Positions 24,861 through 38,424 of a stretch of DNA of 64,000 nucleotides are shown here, in pieces; position 1 is the first letter of the stretch; the number at the start of each line of letters is the position of its first letter. Where the stretch lies: contig CDPCPM010000016.1 of NCBI GenBank assembly GCA_976551045.1, forward strand, positions 1,302,001 to 1,366,000, read 5' to 3'. This DNA comes from Glaucostegus cemiculus. Its lineage: Eukaryota. Under the pieces are notes generated by a model. It searched no databases. It was not told where the DNA came from and saw only the letters and a list, made by a program, of their open reading frames with translations. Made by a program: the position numbers and the translations under genes.

Positions 24861-25934
24861 AAAAAGTCAGAACTGGTCCAATACTGCTCCCTTGTTCTAG
24901 CCCCTCACACACCCATGGACAAAGTTTGTTGATGAATAGATCCCTCTTTCCATTGCAGCATGTCCAGACTTTCTCCATTATATTAATTCAATGTGTCTCT
25001 TAAATTCCCTCCCTTGTTCCCAATAAGTTCCAGTGATATCACTTTGCACTGTCTTATCTTGAAATCACTACACTACTGTCATTGCAACATTCTCAAACTA
25101 GAATAGTGTGTAGCATTCAGCCCAAGGCCCATTTTGGGCCTGAGGGATGGTTTTAATTAACCCTGGCTCAGTAATAGATGGGCTATAGTCAACCACACCT
25201 CTCCTGCTCACAATTAACTGCAGGAGCAGTTTGGTCCCCAAATCTGGTTCCCCACCAGTTAGGTCCTGTGGAGAGTGGGTCTGACCACTGTAATGCTAGC
25301 CTTACTCCCAGATTTGCTTTAACAACCAGGAAAACTGTACCCTCAGCTTAATGACCATCAAATGATTTTGAATCTTTGTGAACAACAAATTACACAAAAA
25401 ATTAATAATTAATCATATTACTAAAACAGAAAAGCAATTGACAAATGAAAAACAATAAAAAAACATAAAATAATATAAAATCCCTTGGAAATACTTAGAA
25501 ATTATATAGATTTAAGTTAAACAATTAAAGAACATTTACATCATTTTACTCAAAGAATGTATATTACCTGAAACCTAGCCATCTCTCCTGGAGCTTTTCT
25601 TCTCTATTGAACTTAACGGATCTTCTGAACCTGAGTTCAGTGGGCAGATTTTTCAGATACCAGTCAGGAAATGGCAGGACATTGACACTCCCTGCATGAT
25701 TACATGAGTCTAGTGTCAGAGCATGGTGGGAATGACAGTGGTTAGGACTATATAGTGGCCCCAGGATATCTGTGTTTATGTGGGCAGCCCTTTGGATTGT
25801 CAATCTGACCTCTTCCTCATAGACTTGTACATTGCTTACCTAAGATCTTAAAATCTATTACAATCTTACGTCATTCAATATTTGCACTCAGCATTGAGAT
25901 ATTGAGAATGAGATTCTAGAGGACTTTCAGTACA

Positions 25935-26370
25935 AACGAAAAGGACACTGGAAGAACTCAGCAGATCAAGCAGCACCTGTGGAGGGAAAAGTTGTATGTT
26001 GACATTTTGGGTCAAGACCCTGCATCAGGACTGAGAGGGAACAGGAAAGATTGCCAGAATATTATAGTATGAGGGGGTGGGATCGAGGCTGGTAGGTGGT
26101 GATGATGGGCAGATGTAACCAGGCAGGGGAAGTGGGAGGATTGAGGCTGGTAGATGATGGGTGGATCCAGATGGGGAGGGGGTGATGGACAGATCGAACC
26201 TGGAGGGGGGCGGGGGGAGGGACTGGATGGGAAAGGTGAACAAAGGGAGAAAAAAGCTATGAGGACAAATGAGGTGCATGGGAGAACACTGGGGGTGTGG
26301 GTTACGTGGAATTGAAAAATTAATTGCTCATACCATTGGGTTGTAAACTACCCAAGTAGAATATGAACAG
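25935..26370 (-). mobile_element. PLE 3' end/pLTR with hammerhead-like motif
   Basis: Minus CAGTC-CTGATGC-AGGGTC-TT-GACCC-AAAA-TGTC; purine tract on the plus strand; LGSLQPNGMS-type EN end at ~26330-26355. Confidence 0.8.
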
Positions 26371-27149
26371 CTAATTTCAGTACAATTTTGAAAGGACATC
26401 TTGTTGGCTTCATTTAGGGAAGAGAGAAGTGCAAAAGTGTATAATTCAAGTAAAAATAACTGGGAGGTTTCTTTGAATGTTATGTCTGTGACTGAGGATC
26501 CGTTTACAATACTGCAGGCTAAATTACACAGAGCCCTATAACTAATATATTTCAATTAATTTTTACATCATATCAATATGGTGAAATGGATGTAAGTGGA
26601 GTTAAGAATTTGTACCCCCCTATTAAAGCTAATGAAAGGAGTAGGTACTTGTCTTGACATGAAAGTATGTTTTGACAATGAGAAATATTTGTCAGTGTGT
26701 TCCATTTGTAGTATGTCTCCCAAAAATCTGGCTTTAAATTAACCAAGTTTCAATGGGTCAGAAACTCTGTTATATGACAGTGATTTTCCACTTTAGTAAA
26801 TACATCATGCAGCATTTGAAATTCTAACTGGCACCTACACTTGTGTGAAAATCTAGTGGAAGCAGTAGTTTGAGCCCATATGGATAATATCAATCCTTGC
26901 ACAACTCCTTTTGATCCTTTCCTCTGAAACTGTATTATTTGTCTGGTTAGGGAACAATTCAAATCCCAGACAGCAAAGGGTTTTTTAAAAAATATTTCCA
27001 TGTACGACACACCTTCACTATTTAGGGCCTAATTGACCACTTTTACCATTGTTGGGGAGTCACTTGCTCTTTACATGCACCTCTGAGCCATCAATTACCT
27101 GAAAGGCACCTGAAAGGACAAGAGTGATAGGGTCAATGCTGTCTCCACA

Positions 27150-27480
27150 AGATGCTCCAAAGCCAGGTTAAGTGAACTAATGTCATTATACCCTTCCAGG
27201 CCAACATAGACAGCACCGATCCCACAGTTACTCCATGGGCTGGGCTACTTTAACATGCTCAACGCTAGACTCCCAAAACATGCACTCCACTCCAAGCTCT
27301 GTCAGGGAGATAGATTACTAGAGGAACAGAGGAAAAGACTGACGAATATTCTTAAATCACCCTTAAGCAGATGTACCTCCTGCCCTGCCACTGACAAAAT
27401 CTGCAGGTCCCACATTGGCCTCATCAGCTGCCATCATCCCACAGAACTGGAGTCATCGTCGGCCTGAAGTGAAGAGAACT
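27150..27480 (+). mobile_element. RTE LINE 3' remnant with internal deletion
   Basis: RLPKHALHSKLCQG..QRKRLTNILK and KICRSHIGLIS are typical RTE ORF C-terminal motifs. Confidence 0.75.
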
Positions 27481-27654
27481 GTGGTGTGACAAGAATGGAC
27501 TGGAATGTCAATCTTATTCAGCACAAGTCATTTCTCCACAGATAACTTCATTGCTGTGGTTGTTTCTATGGTGTTCCTGCTGGTTGTGCTGTGTGTTACG
27601 GGCTACAAGAGAGGGTAAAAACAGATCATCATGCTACAGGGTACTGAAGGAGGA

Positions 27655-30210
27655 ACATAAAACAGAACAGTACAGCACTGGACAGGCCATTCAGCCCATG
27701 ATGATGTGCCGATCTTGATGCCGATTTATACTAATGTCTTCCTTCTATATATCATCCTTATCCCTCCATTCCTTTCATATTCATGTGTCTATCTAAAAGT
27801 CTCAAACTCCACCAAACCGCCTTCTTCCACTACTACCCCTGGTAACTCATTCCAGGCACTTTCCACTCTGTGTAGAAAAAGCTTGCCCCTCACATCACCT
27901 TTAAACTTCCCTACCTCTAACCTTAAAAGCATGTCCTCTGCTGTTTAACATTTCTATCCTGGGGAATAGATTCTGACTGTCTACCCTATCTATGCTTCTC
28001 ATAATTTTAAAAACCTCTATCAGGTCTCCCCTCAGCCTCCGATGATCTAAGGAAAACAACCCAAGTTTGTCCAACCTGTCCAGAAAGTTCATACCCTCTA
28101 ATCCAGGCAACATCTTGGTAAACCCCTTCTGCACCCTCTCCACAGTCTCCACATTCATCCTATAATGGGGCAACCAGAACTGCACACAATACTCCAAGTA
28201 TGGTCTGAGTAAATTTTTATATAAACTGCAGCATGACTTCCTTAATCTTATACTCAACACCCCTACCAATGAAGGCAAACATTCCACATGCCTTCCTTAC
28301 CACCTTATCCACTTGCGTAGCCACTTTCAGTGAACTATGGACCTGGACCCCAAGATCCCTCTGCACCTCAATGCTATTAAGGGCCTACCATTAAATGTAT
28401 ACTTTCACCTTTCATTTGACCTCCTAAAGTGCAACACCTCACGCTTGCCCTGATTAAACTCCATCTGCCACGTCTCTGCCCACATCTGTAACTGATCCAT
28501 ATCTGGCTGTATTCTTTGATAATCTTTTACTCTCTGCACAACTCCACCAATCTTGGTGTCATCCAGACTTTCATCCAAATCATTGATATAAACAGAGGTC
28601 CCAGCACTAATCCTTGTGGAACACCACTGCTTATGGATCTCTAGCCAGGATAACAGCCTTCCACCCTTATTTTCTGTCTTCTATGGTCAAGCCAGTTCTG
28701 AATCCAAACATTGTCCACCTATCTTTTCCTCCACCTCTTGGTGGCTATTGGGAGACCTATAGTATAATCCCTTCAGCGTAATTGCACCAGTCCTATTTCT
28801 GAGCTCCACACAATTGCTTCTGTGGATGAGCCGTCCAGTGTGTCCCCTCTGAGTACTGATGTGACATCCTCCCTTTTTAGTAGTGCAATCCCCTCCACCT
28901 CTTTTAGCCCCCATTCATGTCTAAAACAATGAAACCCAAGAATGTTGTGTAGCCAGTCTTGTCTCTCACACAACCAAGACAAGACAGGATTTCTTTATTA
29001 GTCACATGTACATTGAACCACACAGTGAAATGCATCTTCTGCATAGTGGTCTGGGGGGCAGCCCGCAAGTGTCGCTACGCCTCTGGCGCCAACATAGCCT
29101 GTGCGCAATATTCTAACTCATACGTACATGTACTGATCCAGGGTCTAAGTTCATCCTCCTTATCCATAATACTCCTAACATTGAAATAAACACATTTTAG
29201 CCCATCAGACCCACCATGTTTATTAGCCTGTCCCTTGCTGTCCTTCCTTTCAATCTTACTTGTCATACCACATTTCTTGCCCTCAACCCTAGCCCCCTCT
29301 TGCCCTGCTGCTGTGATTCCCATCCCCTGCCACTCCAGTTTAAACCCTCCCAAGCAGCACGAGTAAACCTCCAGGCAAGGACATTGGTTACCCTCCAGTT
29401 CAGGTGCAAACTGTCTTGTACAGCTCCGACCTGCCCTGGAAGAGAGCAAAATAATCCATAAATCTGAAGCACGCCCTCCTGCACCAGCTCCTTAGCCACA
29501 TATTGAACTGCACTATGCATCTACTTCTCACCTCACTAGTAAGTGGCACGGGTAGTAATCCTGAGATTACACCCCTGGAAGTCGTGCTTTTTAACTTTCT
29601 ACTGAGCTCCCTAAAATCATTTTGCAGGAACACATCCCTACTCTGCCCATGTCATTGGTACTAAATGGACCACGACCTCTGGCTGCTGATCCTCTCCTCT
29701 CAGAATGTCCTGTACCTGTTGCAGGACATCCTTGACCGTGGCTCCAGTCAGGGAGCATACCATCCTGGAGTCTCAACTGTGACTACCTCACTAAAACTCT
29801 CATCTATTGATATTTTCAGATGATCCTGAATAGATCCAGCTCCTTGACCTGGTCTGTCAGGAGCTGTAGCTGGGTTTCACTTCCCACAGATGTCGTCATC
29901 AGGGAGACCATGAGGTTCCCTGACTTCCCACATCTTGCAGGAGGAGCATTCCACTGCACTGACTGCCATTTTATCGACACTGTCAAAGGTCAGGGATTAA
30001 CAGGGAAATAAAAGCCCTATCTGATTCTTACCTACTCCTCACCTGTGCCTCCATACCAAAACCTCTCTCATCAAAACCTCAACACCCCACTCCAACACTG
30101 ACCCACTCTCCCAATGGCTGCTCCAAAATGGCCACTCAGCTTGTCTCTCCATTTTTATTGGCTAACGTGTGTGTCAACTCAGCCAATCAGAAACAACTTT
30201 TTAAAAACTG
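27655..30210 (-). mobile_element. Internally deleted CR1 retaining 5' UTR, ORF1 (SGNH esterase region), endonuclease start and RT 3' end
   Basis: ORF1 FRELSRKLKSTTSRGVISGLLPVP..FNMWLRSWCRR and LHLNWR; EN start LKCVYFNVRSIMDKEDELRPWIS and GLYYRSPNS; RT end LYKNLLRPYLEYCVQFWLPHYR. Many stops and frameshifts. Confidence 0.9.
28976..29128 (-). mobile_element. 5'-truncated SINE inserted in the CR1 endonuclease region
   Basis: Matches the 3' half of the SINE at 4972-5260 (GTTGGCGCCAGAGGCGTAGCGACACTTGCGGGCTGCCCC on the minus strand). Confidence 0.8.
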
Positions 30211-32457
30211 CTGTCTCCTCCCCTCTGCTGCTCTGGCTGGTGCAACTGGAGAAAACTGGAGGAGTGGAGAATGGTTCATTACGTGGACTCTCTGGGAATC
30301 TACAGGAAACCACAATCCTACGTCCAACCCTTCAAGTAGCAATGTCTGCAGAGGCCAGGTTTTCAGAGTCAGGGACGGATATTTGTGATCGTCTGCAGGC
30401 AAAATTTTGACTACAATCCATACCTGGACTGCACTTCCAGAGATAAAAACCACTGTCATCTTGAATTTTCTAGTCTCTGGCACATTCCAGTTGCCTGCAG
30501 CCAATCTGTGCCATATTGCAAATTTTATGTTTTTGGTAAACTAATGCAATCGCTGAAGTTCTCTATACAAGAAAAGAGCAGTTCACCTCCTCCTCCTTAA
30601 TGGAGACCTTCAGTCACAAATGGCACAAGGTTTTCAAAGTTTACAGACTTCCCAAAGATCCAGGGAATGATAAATCACAAACACATTGTTCTTCAAGCTT
30701 CTGGTTATCCCGCATCTCTGTATAAATCACAAGGCCTCTCAGACCCTGGCTATCCAGCTTCCCTGCAGTGTGCCCAGGTCTGCGCTGACTTATTCCTGAC
30801 ACTTTCCTCTCTGGCTTTCTCCTTTTATACTCTTTTCAATTCTTTTTGTTGTTGAGGTTGGGTAGGGATGCTGGGAATGGGCTGGAGTGGTCCTTCTTGC
30901 TCCTTGGGTATAAAGCCAACACTGTTCCTTTCAACAACATCCACTGGCAAATTGAGATTGCTGCCGATAAATCTGGGAGCTTGCTCCCTACCCACATGAG
31001 GCATCCATGTATATACAATGCTCCTGTTCCAGTTATAGCATACTTTACTATCCAGGTCCCCTTTTAGAGTTGGAGCACTAACATCAATTAGTTCAGGAGT
31101 AATTTTACAGGGATGTGCTATTCATTTGAAACAACCTCTTTCATTGCAGTATAATATGCTGTAAGTTTTAAATACCAACTTTTGTTCGAGATAGCAACCA
31201 AAAGCAGGACAAACTAGCTCCACTTTAGCCCATGCAGTTAAAGACAGCTACTTTTTAGGTTTAGTAAGAGCTGGTCTATCTTTTAAATGAATCGTGAGGG
31301 CAAATGAAAACATGAAACTAAAGAACGAGAAGATACCATGCAGCATTACCAATTTATCTGATTCTCGATTGCACCCAGGTCATTTAAGGTTTGAAATGTG
31401 TATTCCCTGAGATTATAGAGAAAATATCTAAAAGACTGATTCCCCCTTGACATCTTTACCTTTAGCCTATTGACTTTCACTGACAATATTTACTTCATGT
31501 GCAACTGGTACATTACTATTCATTTGTATCAGTCCATACCTGTGGGCCTACAGCAGTCCTGAGCTTTGGTTTTTGAAGCAAGCAAGCCACAGCACAAAAA
31601 CAAAATTCAAAGCTTGCAAGAGAACGATTTTGTCTGCCCTATCAATGAGTAGGCACCTGATTTTGTATGTTATCCTAGCAGACAAATTTCCAATGTCTAC
31701 AAAAGTTACAGTGAATTTTCATTTGGAAGGATTACCCTGGAGGAAGGTGGATGAATCACCTCCTGAAATTTAGTTCAACAGACCAGAGTCAGCTCCCTGC
31801 CACAACCTCAGCTGAAGCTGTGTGAGCAAATGCCTGCAGAGTTAGTGATGCTGCATCAGATTCAGATGCTTTGGGAAAGCTGGAGTGAAGTGTTCTTTAC
31901 GTTGATCAAATTCTTTGCCATAATTTTTCAGAGGTCAGGAAAAGGTTATCCTCTGGAATTCAAATAAAATTTGAAATAAGTGGGCATAAGATTCTTTGCA
32001 GCTGCCACAGTGTAGTCTGCATGAGCCTCTTACTGGAGTTTAACCAGTCACCTAATAAATAATACACAAAAAGCACCAAAAGTGACCTGCCACAATAATA
32101 TTAAAACATAAATCATGTTATTGTAGGGAACCAGTACCAAAACCTAAATCAAATTCCTTACATATTGACCTAAAACAGTCAGAGACAATCAAACTGAGCT
32201 GCCTTGAAGTAGTCTTCAAATGAAAATTTGGTCTACAGACACATTCACTTCAGTTAGTGCCACATATTTCTTAGTAATGCTTCTAAAGTTTCAGAAAAAA
32301 TCAGCATGTATTTTTACTGAAATAAAAGGCATCTGGGAGAAAGTGATTCTGAATAAAGACTGCTTTACCTAAGACAATTAATGGTGCAAAGCTGAATGTC
32401 ACAGATTTTAATTCTGAATTTATACACTGTGCATGGTATTGCTGAGCAAGTAACAAG

Positions 32458-32476
32458 TGACCAGCAGATGGCAGTC
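32458..32476 (+). promoter_or_regulatory. CTCF site
   Basis: TGACCAGCAGATGGCAGTC is a near-perfect match to the CTCF core, in unique sequence. Confidence 0.7.
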
Positions 32477-33677
32477 ACTACCAGTTAAGTACATGATCAT
32501 GAATGACAAAGTTAAGGATTTCATAGCAGCTGAGAAATTCTCCTTTCATTATACCCTGCAATCTGCAGTGTTGGAGCAGTGGATTCATTCAGTATGAAAG
32601 AAGAAAATGTTTTTTGTGGGCTTGGTAAACTTGCATTTTTGAGGTCATGATAAAGCAAGTTGATTTTTTCCGATTAGTTTTAGTGCAGTGCAATTGGAAA
32701 TTTACTGTGGTTTATGGAAAAAGCATGAAACTAGATAGTTTTTTCAAAGAGTGTCAAATGGCCTTGTTCTGTACTGTCAGAATCCAGGGGCTGAAAGTAA
32801 AATGAAGGGAGCTTCACAAGTAAAGCAGAAATCAGCTAAGTATCCAGATTTGTGATGCGTAAACAACCTATAGCTCTGAAGCCAAATGAACTCCATTGCA
32901 CCAAATGATTTTATCTTCAGAGTTTGGGGTCTCCATAGTGAGTGACAGTATATGATTTCCATACAAATGGCTCAACCCCAATGATTTAAAGGGTCAGTGC
33001 ATAAATGGAAATGGATAGAGATGAAAGGCATGCTCTAGATTCACCAATGTATTACTGGGATTATTACTGATCAAACTGAGCATGCCATGTATGGGAGGTG
33101 GAAGCTGAGCAGGCATGTTCAGAGGTTTAGAAGCTTGCAGGTTTTCAATGCTACATAAAAAATGGTTTAATGTCCCAGCAGATTAAGAAAAGTGAGTGCA
33201 TTTGGTGATTCAATAACACACTCTGGTGAAAATTGCTGATTGTCCCTCTTTTATTTTTACAAACTCTTCTCTATCACATCTCTCCTTCCACCCACTCAGT
33301 TCTTACACCTGATCAACTCCTATCTTTCCCCATTACATCTCCCCATTTATCCATCCACCATTGATACTCACCCCAGTCCCTGTGCAATGCAATGCGTATG
33401 TGTCGTTGTCATTCTTACTGCATGCACTGCCTCTGTTACATGAATGTATTACTTTCTCTCACTCACAGATCCGTGTAGAAGATATCACAAAGTCCAAGAG
33501 GAAGAGGAAGAGGCAAGGCTACAGATGCAGAGGGAGATGCCCTAGAGATGGGTGTTATATTTACATCTGTTCCACTTAGAAATGAGGAGATAACAAGTAG
33601 CTGGTAACAAACGTACAAATATTTCTGAAATGGCAAGCATGCTGACTTTATTTTATCAGCGCCTGAACCATAACAAG

Positions 33678-33990
33678 TCATGGAGCCATATAGCACGGAA
33701 AGGCCTTCAGCCTTCAAACACAGCCTTTACACTGATCTTATTGTATTCTTCCAACATTCCCATTATCTCCACCACTTCCACCACTCACCTACACACCAGA
33801 AGCAATTTACATTGGCCAACTATCCCGCCTACATGCACATTTTTGGGGAATCTAGAGCACCCAAAGGAAACAAAGGTGATCACAGGGACGACGTGCAAAC
33901 TCCACACAGACAACGGCAGAGCTCAGGATTGAGCCCAGGTCTCTAGAGCTGTGGAACAACAGATCTACTACCTGTGCCACTGTGCTTCCC
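33678..33990 (-). mobile_element. HE1-like SINE (tRNA head with CR1-derived tail)
   Basis: Minus head GGCACAGGTAGTAG..GGCTCAATCCTGA..GTGTGGAGTTTGCACGT; CR1-type tail GAAGGCCTTTCCGTGCTATATGGCTCCATGA. Confidence 0.75.
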
Positions 33991-35959
33991 TGATTGAGTA
34001 TGTTGATTGTCAAGGTTGTGACTTTGTTGCAATCGAATCATAGACCTTTTCTCAGTGCCTTTATATGCGACTTCACTCAGTCACTCAGTCTGAAATGCTA
34101 ATGAGATTAATATGCCATTGTGGTCAAAGCCCGCTGATCCAGTGAAGGTTCACTTCAGCAAACTTAATTAATCAACGTAAGCGCCTCATGAAAATCCTAT
34201 TACTGGTGATGTTAACCACTAACTTTATTATTTTCATTGTCTAAAATGTAATCACATATTTCCCTTATCACTGACAGTTTGATGTGTAGCAGTTTATATT
34301 AAACAATGCTGCATCCATTAATAACAATTTATTGATCATATTTAATGATGAAGTCACATTTAGAACCTATCATAATTTGCACATCCTGTGTTTTCCTCAA
34401 TATCCTCTGGGTTTAATATGATGCGAATGTGGATGTTTATTTTTGCACAGCCTGTTAGCCATAAAACATGTTGCATTAAGCACGCTGGCAATTTAAGGTG
34501 AGATACAGTAAGTATTCAGGTTAATCTGTGTTGACCAGCATGCCATTTAAGAAGACTGAAGATTAAATTGAACCTTATGAGAACAAATATAGAACAACAT
34601 TCAGATCATATTGCCAGATATTTTGGCAAATAATCTAGAAATTAGATTCCACAGCACCCAATTTATAAATGCTAAAGTTCCTACACGGCAGGCAATTTGC
34701 ATATCAAGTGCGGCTTCATGCATGATCCAGTCACAAAGCTGATGGTCCTTTATCTAAATGTTTAAATGTTCTTCTTTTACATGCATTTTGGATACTGGGC
34801 TATACACAAGTGATTTAGCGGAGTTCTTACTTGCATTCTTTATAAAGCCTATCAAGCAAGTTAATAATGTAGGTGAAATTTATGATTATCTTTTTAATGT
34901 GCTAACAGCAATACAAGTTTTGGTTGCTTGAGCTTTGTACGTGCACTTATTAATATGTTATACAAAATGAATTCAGATTTAAAATCATTTAATTAGGTTC
35001 TAAATGTAAATCATCCTGATACAATGAAAGTATTCGTCACATTTGCCCTCATGGTAAATATCTTATTGAGGTAGAAGAAGCATTACTTTGCCAGTGTAAA
35101 TTTAAAGCAGGAGTACCAAGGCAACAACATAATTTTATCTGGTAGTAAATTCATTTCAGTTTCTTGTATTTAGGTCCCCCGTCTATGGATAATACTATAT
35201 CAAATTTAATAACAAGCATTGTCACTGGGATAAAATGCTTTTCATTGGTGTCTAGTTTTAGTGTGCAATAGGTGGCACAGTCGCCTTAAGCAAACAACAC
35301 CTTGAATGTGCTTCTAAAGCTTTCAGTTCATTCTCAACAAGCTTATTTAATTCTTCTGTGAAAATGTTTTTCCCTATAACCTATCCTGAAAGAGGCTGCA
35401 CTTTCGGGGAAAAGTGGTCAAACTTTTCTTTTTGTCCACATGAGAATTGATCATCTTTATTGCAAAACTACATTTGATGTTATTTACGTAACTGCCCTAT
35501 ATGTTTGGAAGCAAAGGAAAATTTGTTTGCTGAATCTTTTCACAGATTTTGTGATCTCATAACAGTGTGCACACATCATGATATTGCCACTTCCACATCG
35601 CTAATTCAAAATGAATGAATTTGTTTTGCTTTCCTACTATAGGGTAATAATCCATGCAGTAGCAAAAAAGCAATTTGAAACCTGGCACTGAAGCAAATTA
35701 CAGGGTTTTTTATAGCACCCGTGCCAATGATGTTTTAACAGCAGTGCTGGCAAACTGCTGTTTACATCCTAGCATTTGATGCAGGTTTTTGTATGTGATT
35801 CCCTGCATTGCAATTAAATAATCTCAGCTGTACGTGTGGTGTGAGCTGCCAAAAGGAGACTCACTGATTCCTGACGATGAAAGAGGGAGATTAAGGGGTG
35901 AGTTGTTTCTGAGAGATAATTAGTAACACATCGAGCATCATGGGCCCCAAAACTTCAAA

Positions 35960-36130
35960 TGTCACATCGCAATGAAGAACAGGGATGGGCAGGAGATGAT
36001 CGATCTGGTAGTGGCATGTTTGAAGTGGTGGAAATTATGGAGGATGGTCTATCAAATGTGGAGGCTGCAGGGTGGAAAGTGAGGAAGAAGGGAATCCTAC
36101 CTTTGATCTTAAAGATGCAGGTTGTTGCAG
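35960..36130 (-). mobile_element. PLE coding fragment
   Basis: RIPFFLTFHPAA.. resembles the PLE linker (RVPLVLTFHP). Confidence 0.6.
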
Positions 36131-36769
36131 TCATTGAAGTGAATGGAGATACACATGAGTAAGCCATGTGGACCAAATGAACTGTGGTGATGAGAATGTG
36201 TGAAGAGGAATGTAAGGCGATGGAGAGGCTTGCAGAATATAAACACTGGGACAAACTAATTGGGCCAAATAGCTTACTTATGTGCTGTAGCCCTGTGCAA
36301 CGTTATTATAATAACTATGACAGTGTCAACAAGCAGGGTGACAGGTAATAATTAAACTAATTTTGAATCTCGGCAGAACCTCTTATTTTGTTGAGGTACT
36401 GCAGTATGTGTGCTTGGCTGATTGCCAGCAGCAGCGGCAAACTGTAATGAGCCATTAAAAGTCTCTGCATATATTTCTGGAAACTTTTCCACCTGCAGAA
36501 GTTGGTGAGTCTTTTATAAGTCAGTAGTCTTGACATGTTGAGAGTAGATCACTGTCAGTCGTGTTAAGATTGCTTGCTTCTGTCTGAAGCAGGGTCTCCC
36601 CAACCACTTTAATATCAGGGCTGGAATTATTGCCATACACACAGAGGCAGCTTAGGTCATTGTCTTAGGTGTCTGGTCGAACCAGCACTATTTTCCAAAT
36701 ACAACCACTCTTAAAAGTGCAGAAAATATTTTAAAGGATTTTATTTGCATAAATGCAGAAGCTACATTT

Positions 36770-36900
36770 ATGCGAAATAAAAACAGAAAATGTTGGAAGC
36801 ACTCAGCAGGTCGGGCAGCGTCTGTGGAGAGAGAGACAGAGTTAACTTTTGAGGTTGAAAACCTTTCATCAGAACTGGGAAAGACTGAAAACAAATTAGT
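36770..36900 (-). mobile_element. Solo PLE pLTR with degenerate hammerhead
   Basis: Minus AGTT-CTGATGA-A-AGGTT-TTC-AACCT-CAAAA-GTT-AACT at ~36840-36876. Confidence 0.75.
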
Positions 36901-37159
36901 TTCATGTGACTAAATAAATTTAAATAAAATTACCCATCAGAGCGTATGCACAAAGGTATTGTAAACAGATAACATACCCTGATCAAGTGATTTGAAAGTA
37001 ATGACCATGATGTTTGTCCAAAGAGTGGAAGATTGATCAGGCTGTATAACCGGCTTCCCCTCCAATTTAGCTGGGTTTACATCATTACCTGAAGTTGAAA
37101 TTAATCCCATATTAAAATTATTTCACTCCACAGACCATTCCAATAAAAAGTAACATATT

Positions 37160-37745
37160 TGCAATGGAATGGAATTGGAATTGGTTTATTGTTGTCATTT
37201 GCACCGAGGTACAGTATAAAACTTGTCTTGCATACCGTTCGTACAGATCAATTCATTACACAGTGCATTGAGATAGAACAAAGTAATACAATAACAGAAT
37301 GCAGAATAAAGTGTCACAGCTGCAGGGAAATTGCAGTGCAGGTAGGCAATAAGGTGCAAGATTATAACGATGTAGATTTTGTGAGTGGCATAGAAGCCAT
37401 TGGGTCACCTATAATGGATCACCATATCATAGGTTGGCTGTTGACAGAATGAATTGTATTGAATAAAGCACATACCACCAGGCTCAAGGACAGCTTTATC
37501 TTGCTGTTATAAGGCTATTGAACGGTCCCCTAGTGTGATAGGATGGACTCTTGATCTCACAATCTATCTTGTTATGGCTTTGCACCTTAATTTCTACCTA
37601 TACTGTACTTTCTCTGTAACTGTATCGTCTTCCCTTATACTACCTTAACGTACTGATGTGAAGAAATGATCTGTATGGATGGCATGTAAAACAAAGTTTT
37701 TCACTGTAGCTTGGTACATGTGACAATAATAAACCAATTTATCAA
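37160..37745. mobile_element. Two Rex1 3' fragments in opposite orientation
   Basis: Minus copy 37160-37380 and plus copy ~37465-37745, with tails pointing outward. Confidence 0.8.
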
Positions 37746-38424
37746 TCTGATGAGCCAGTTGCACCAATCAGGTTATATTGCTCAGAAACTATCAGCTGGT
37801 CCAGTTCCATTAACACTCAGGAAGCATCTGCTCCTGCACAGATCCACCTGATCTGCTGCTTTATCATTCCAGAAAATGTGAAGGTTTTATCCTGGTTCTC
37901 CATGCTCTGGAACCTTATAATACATTTGAAGACCATCGGAAGAGAATTTGGCCAGGCAGCAGCCTGAAATTGAAAATCAAAAAGACTGCAGATGTTGGAA
38001 ATCTGAAGTAAAAACAAAATGCTGGAAACACTCAGCAGGTCAGGCAACATTTATGAAAAAAGAAACAAAGACTGATCTGTTGAGTGTTCCCAATATTTTC
38101 TGTTTTTAATATGGCTCCTTGAAATTGCTCTGCCAGTCAGTGAGATTGAGGTCAACCTGTAATCTCTCATCATCCAGCCATTTTTGCTCCGTGCCCTCTG
38201 ATACCCATAAGTCTACTAATGTCACTGTTAAAATTATTGCCCCAGTTGTACTCGAAATTCCTAAGCTTCTAGTACATGTCCCATATGAGTCCCGTGGATG
38301 CAGTTATCTTCTGTGGCTGCGCAGCTCCTGATGTCCCCTGGGCCTGGCTGCTGTGGTCATGTCAGGGTACAGAGCAGTCCTAGAGTGGCAACTGTTTATC
38401 AGAGGCTGTTAGAAACAGATAATT

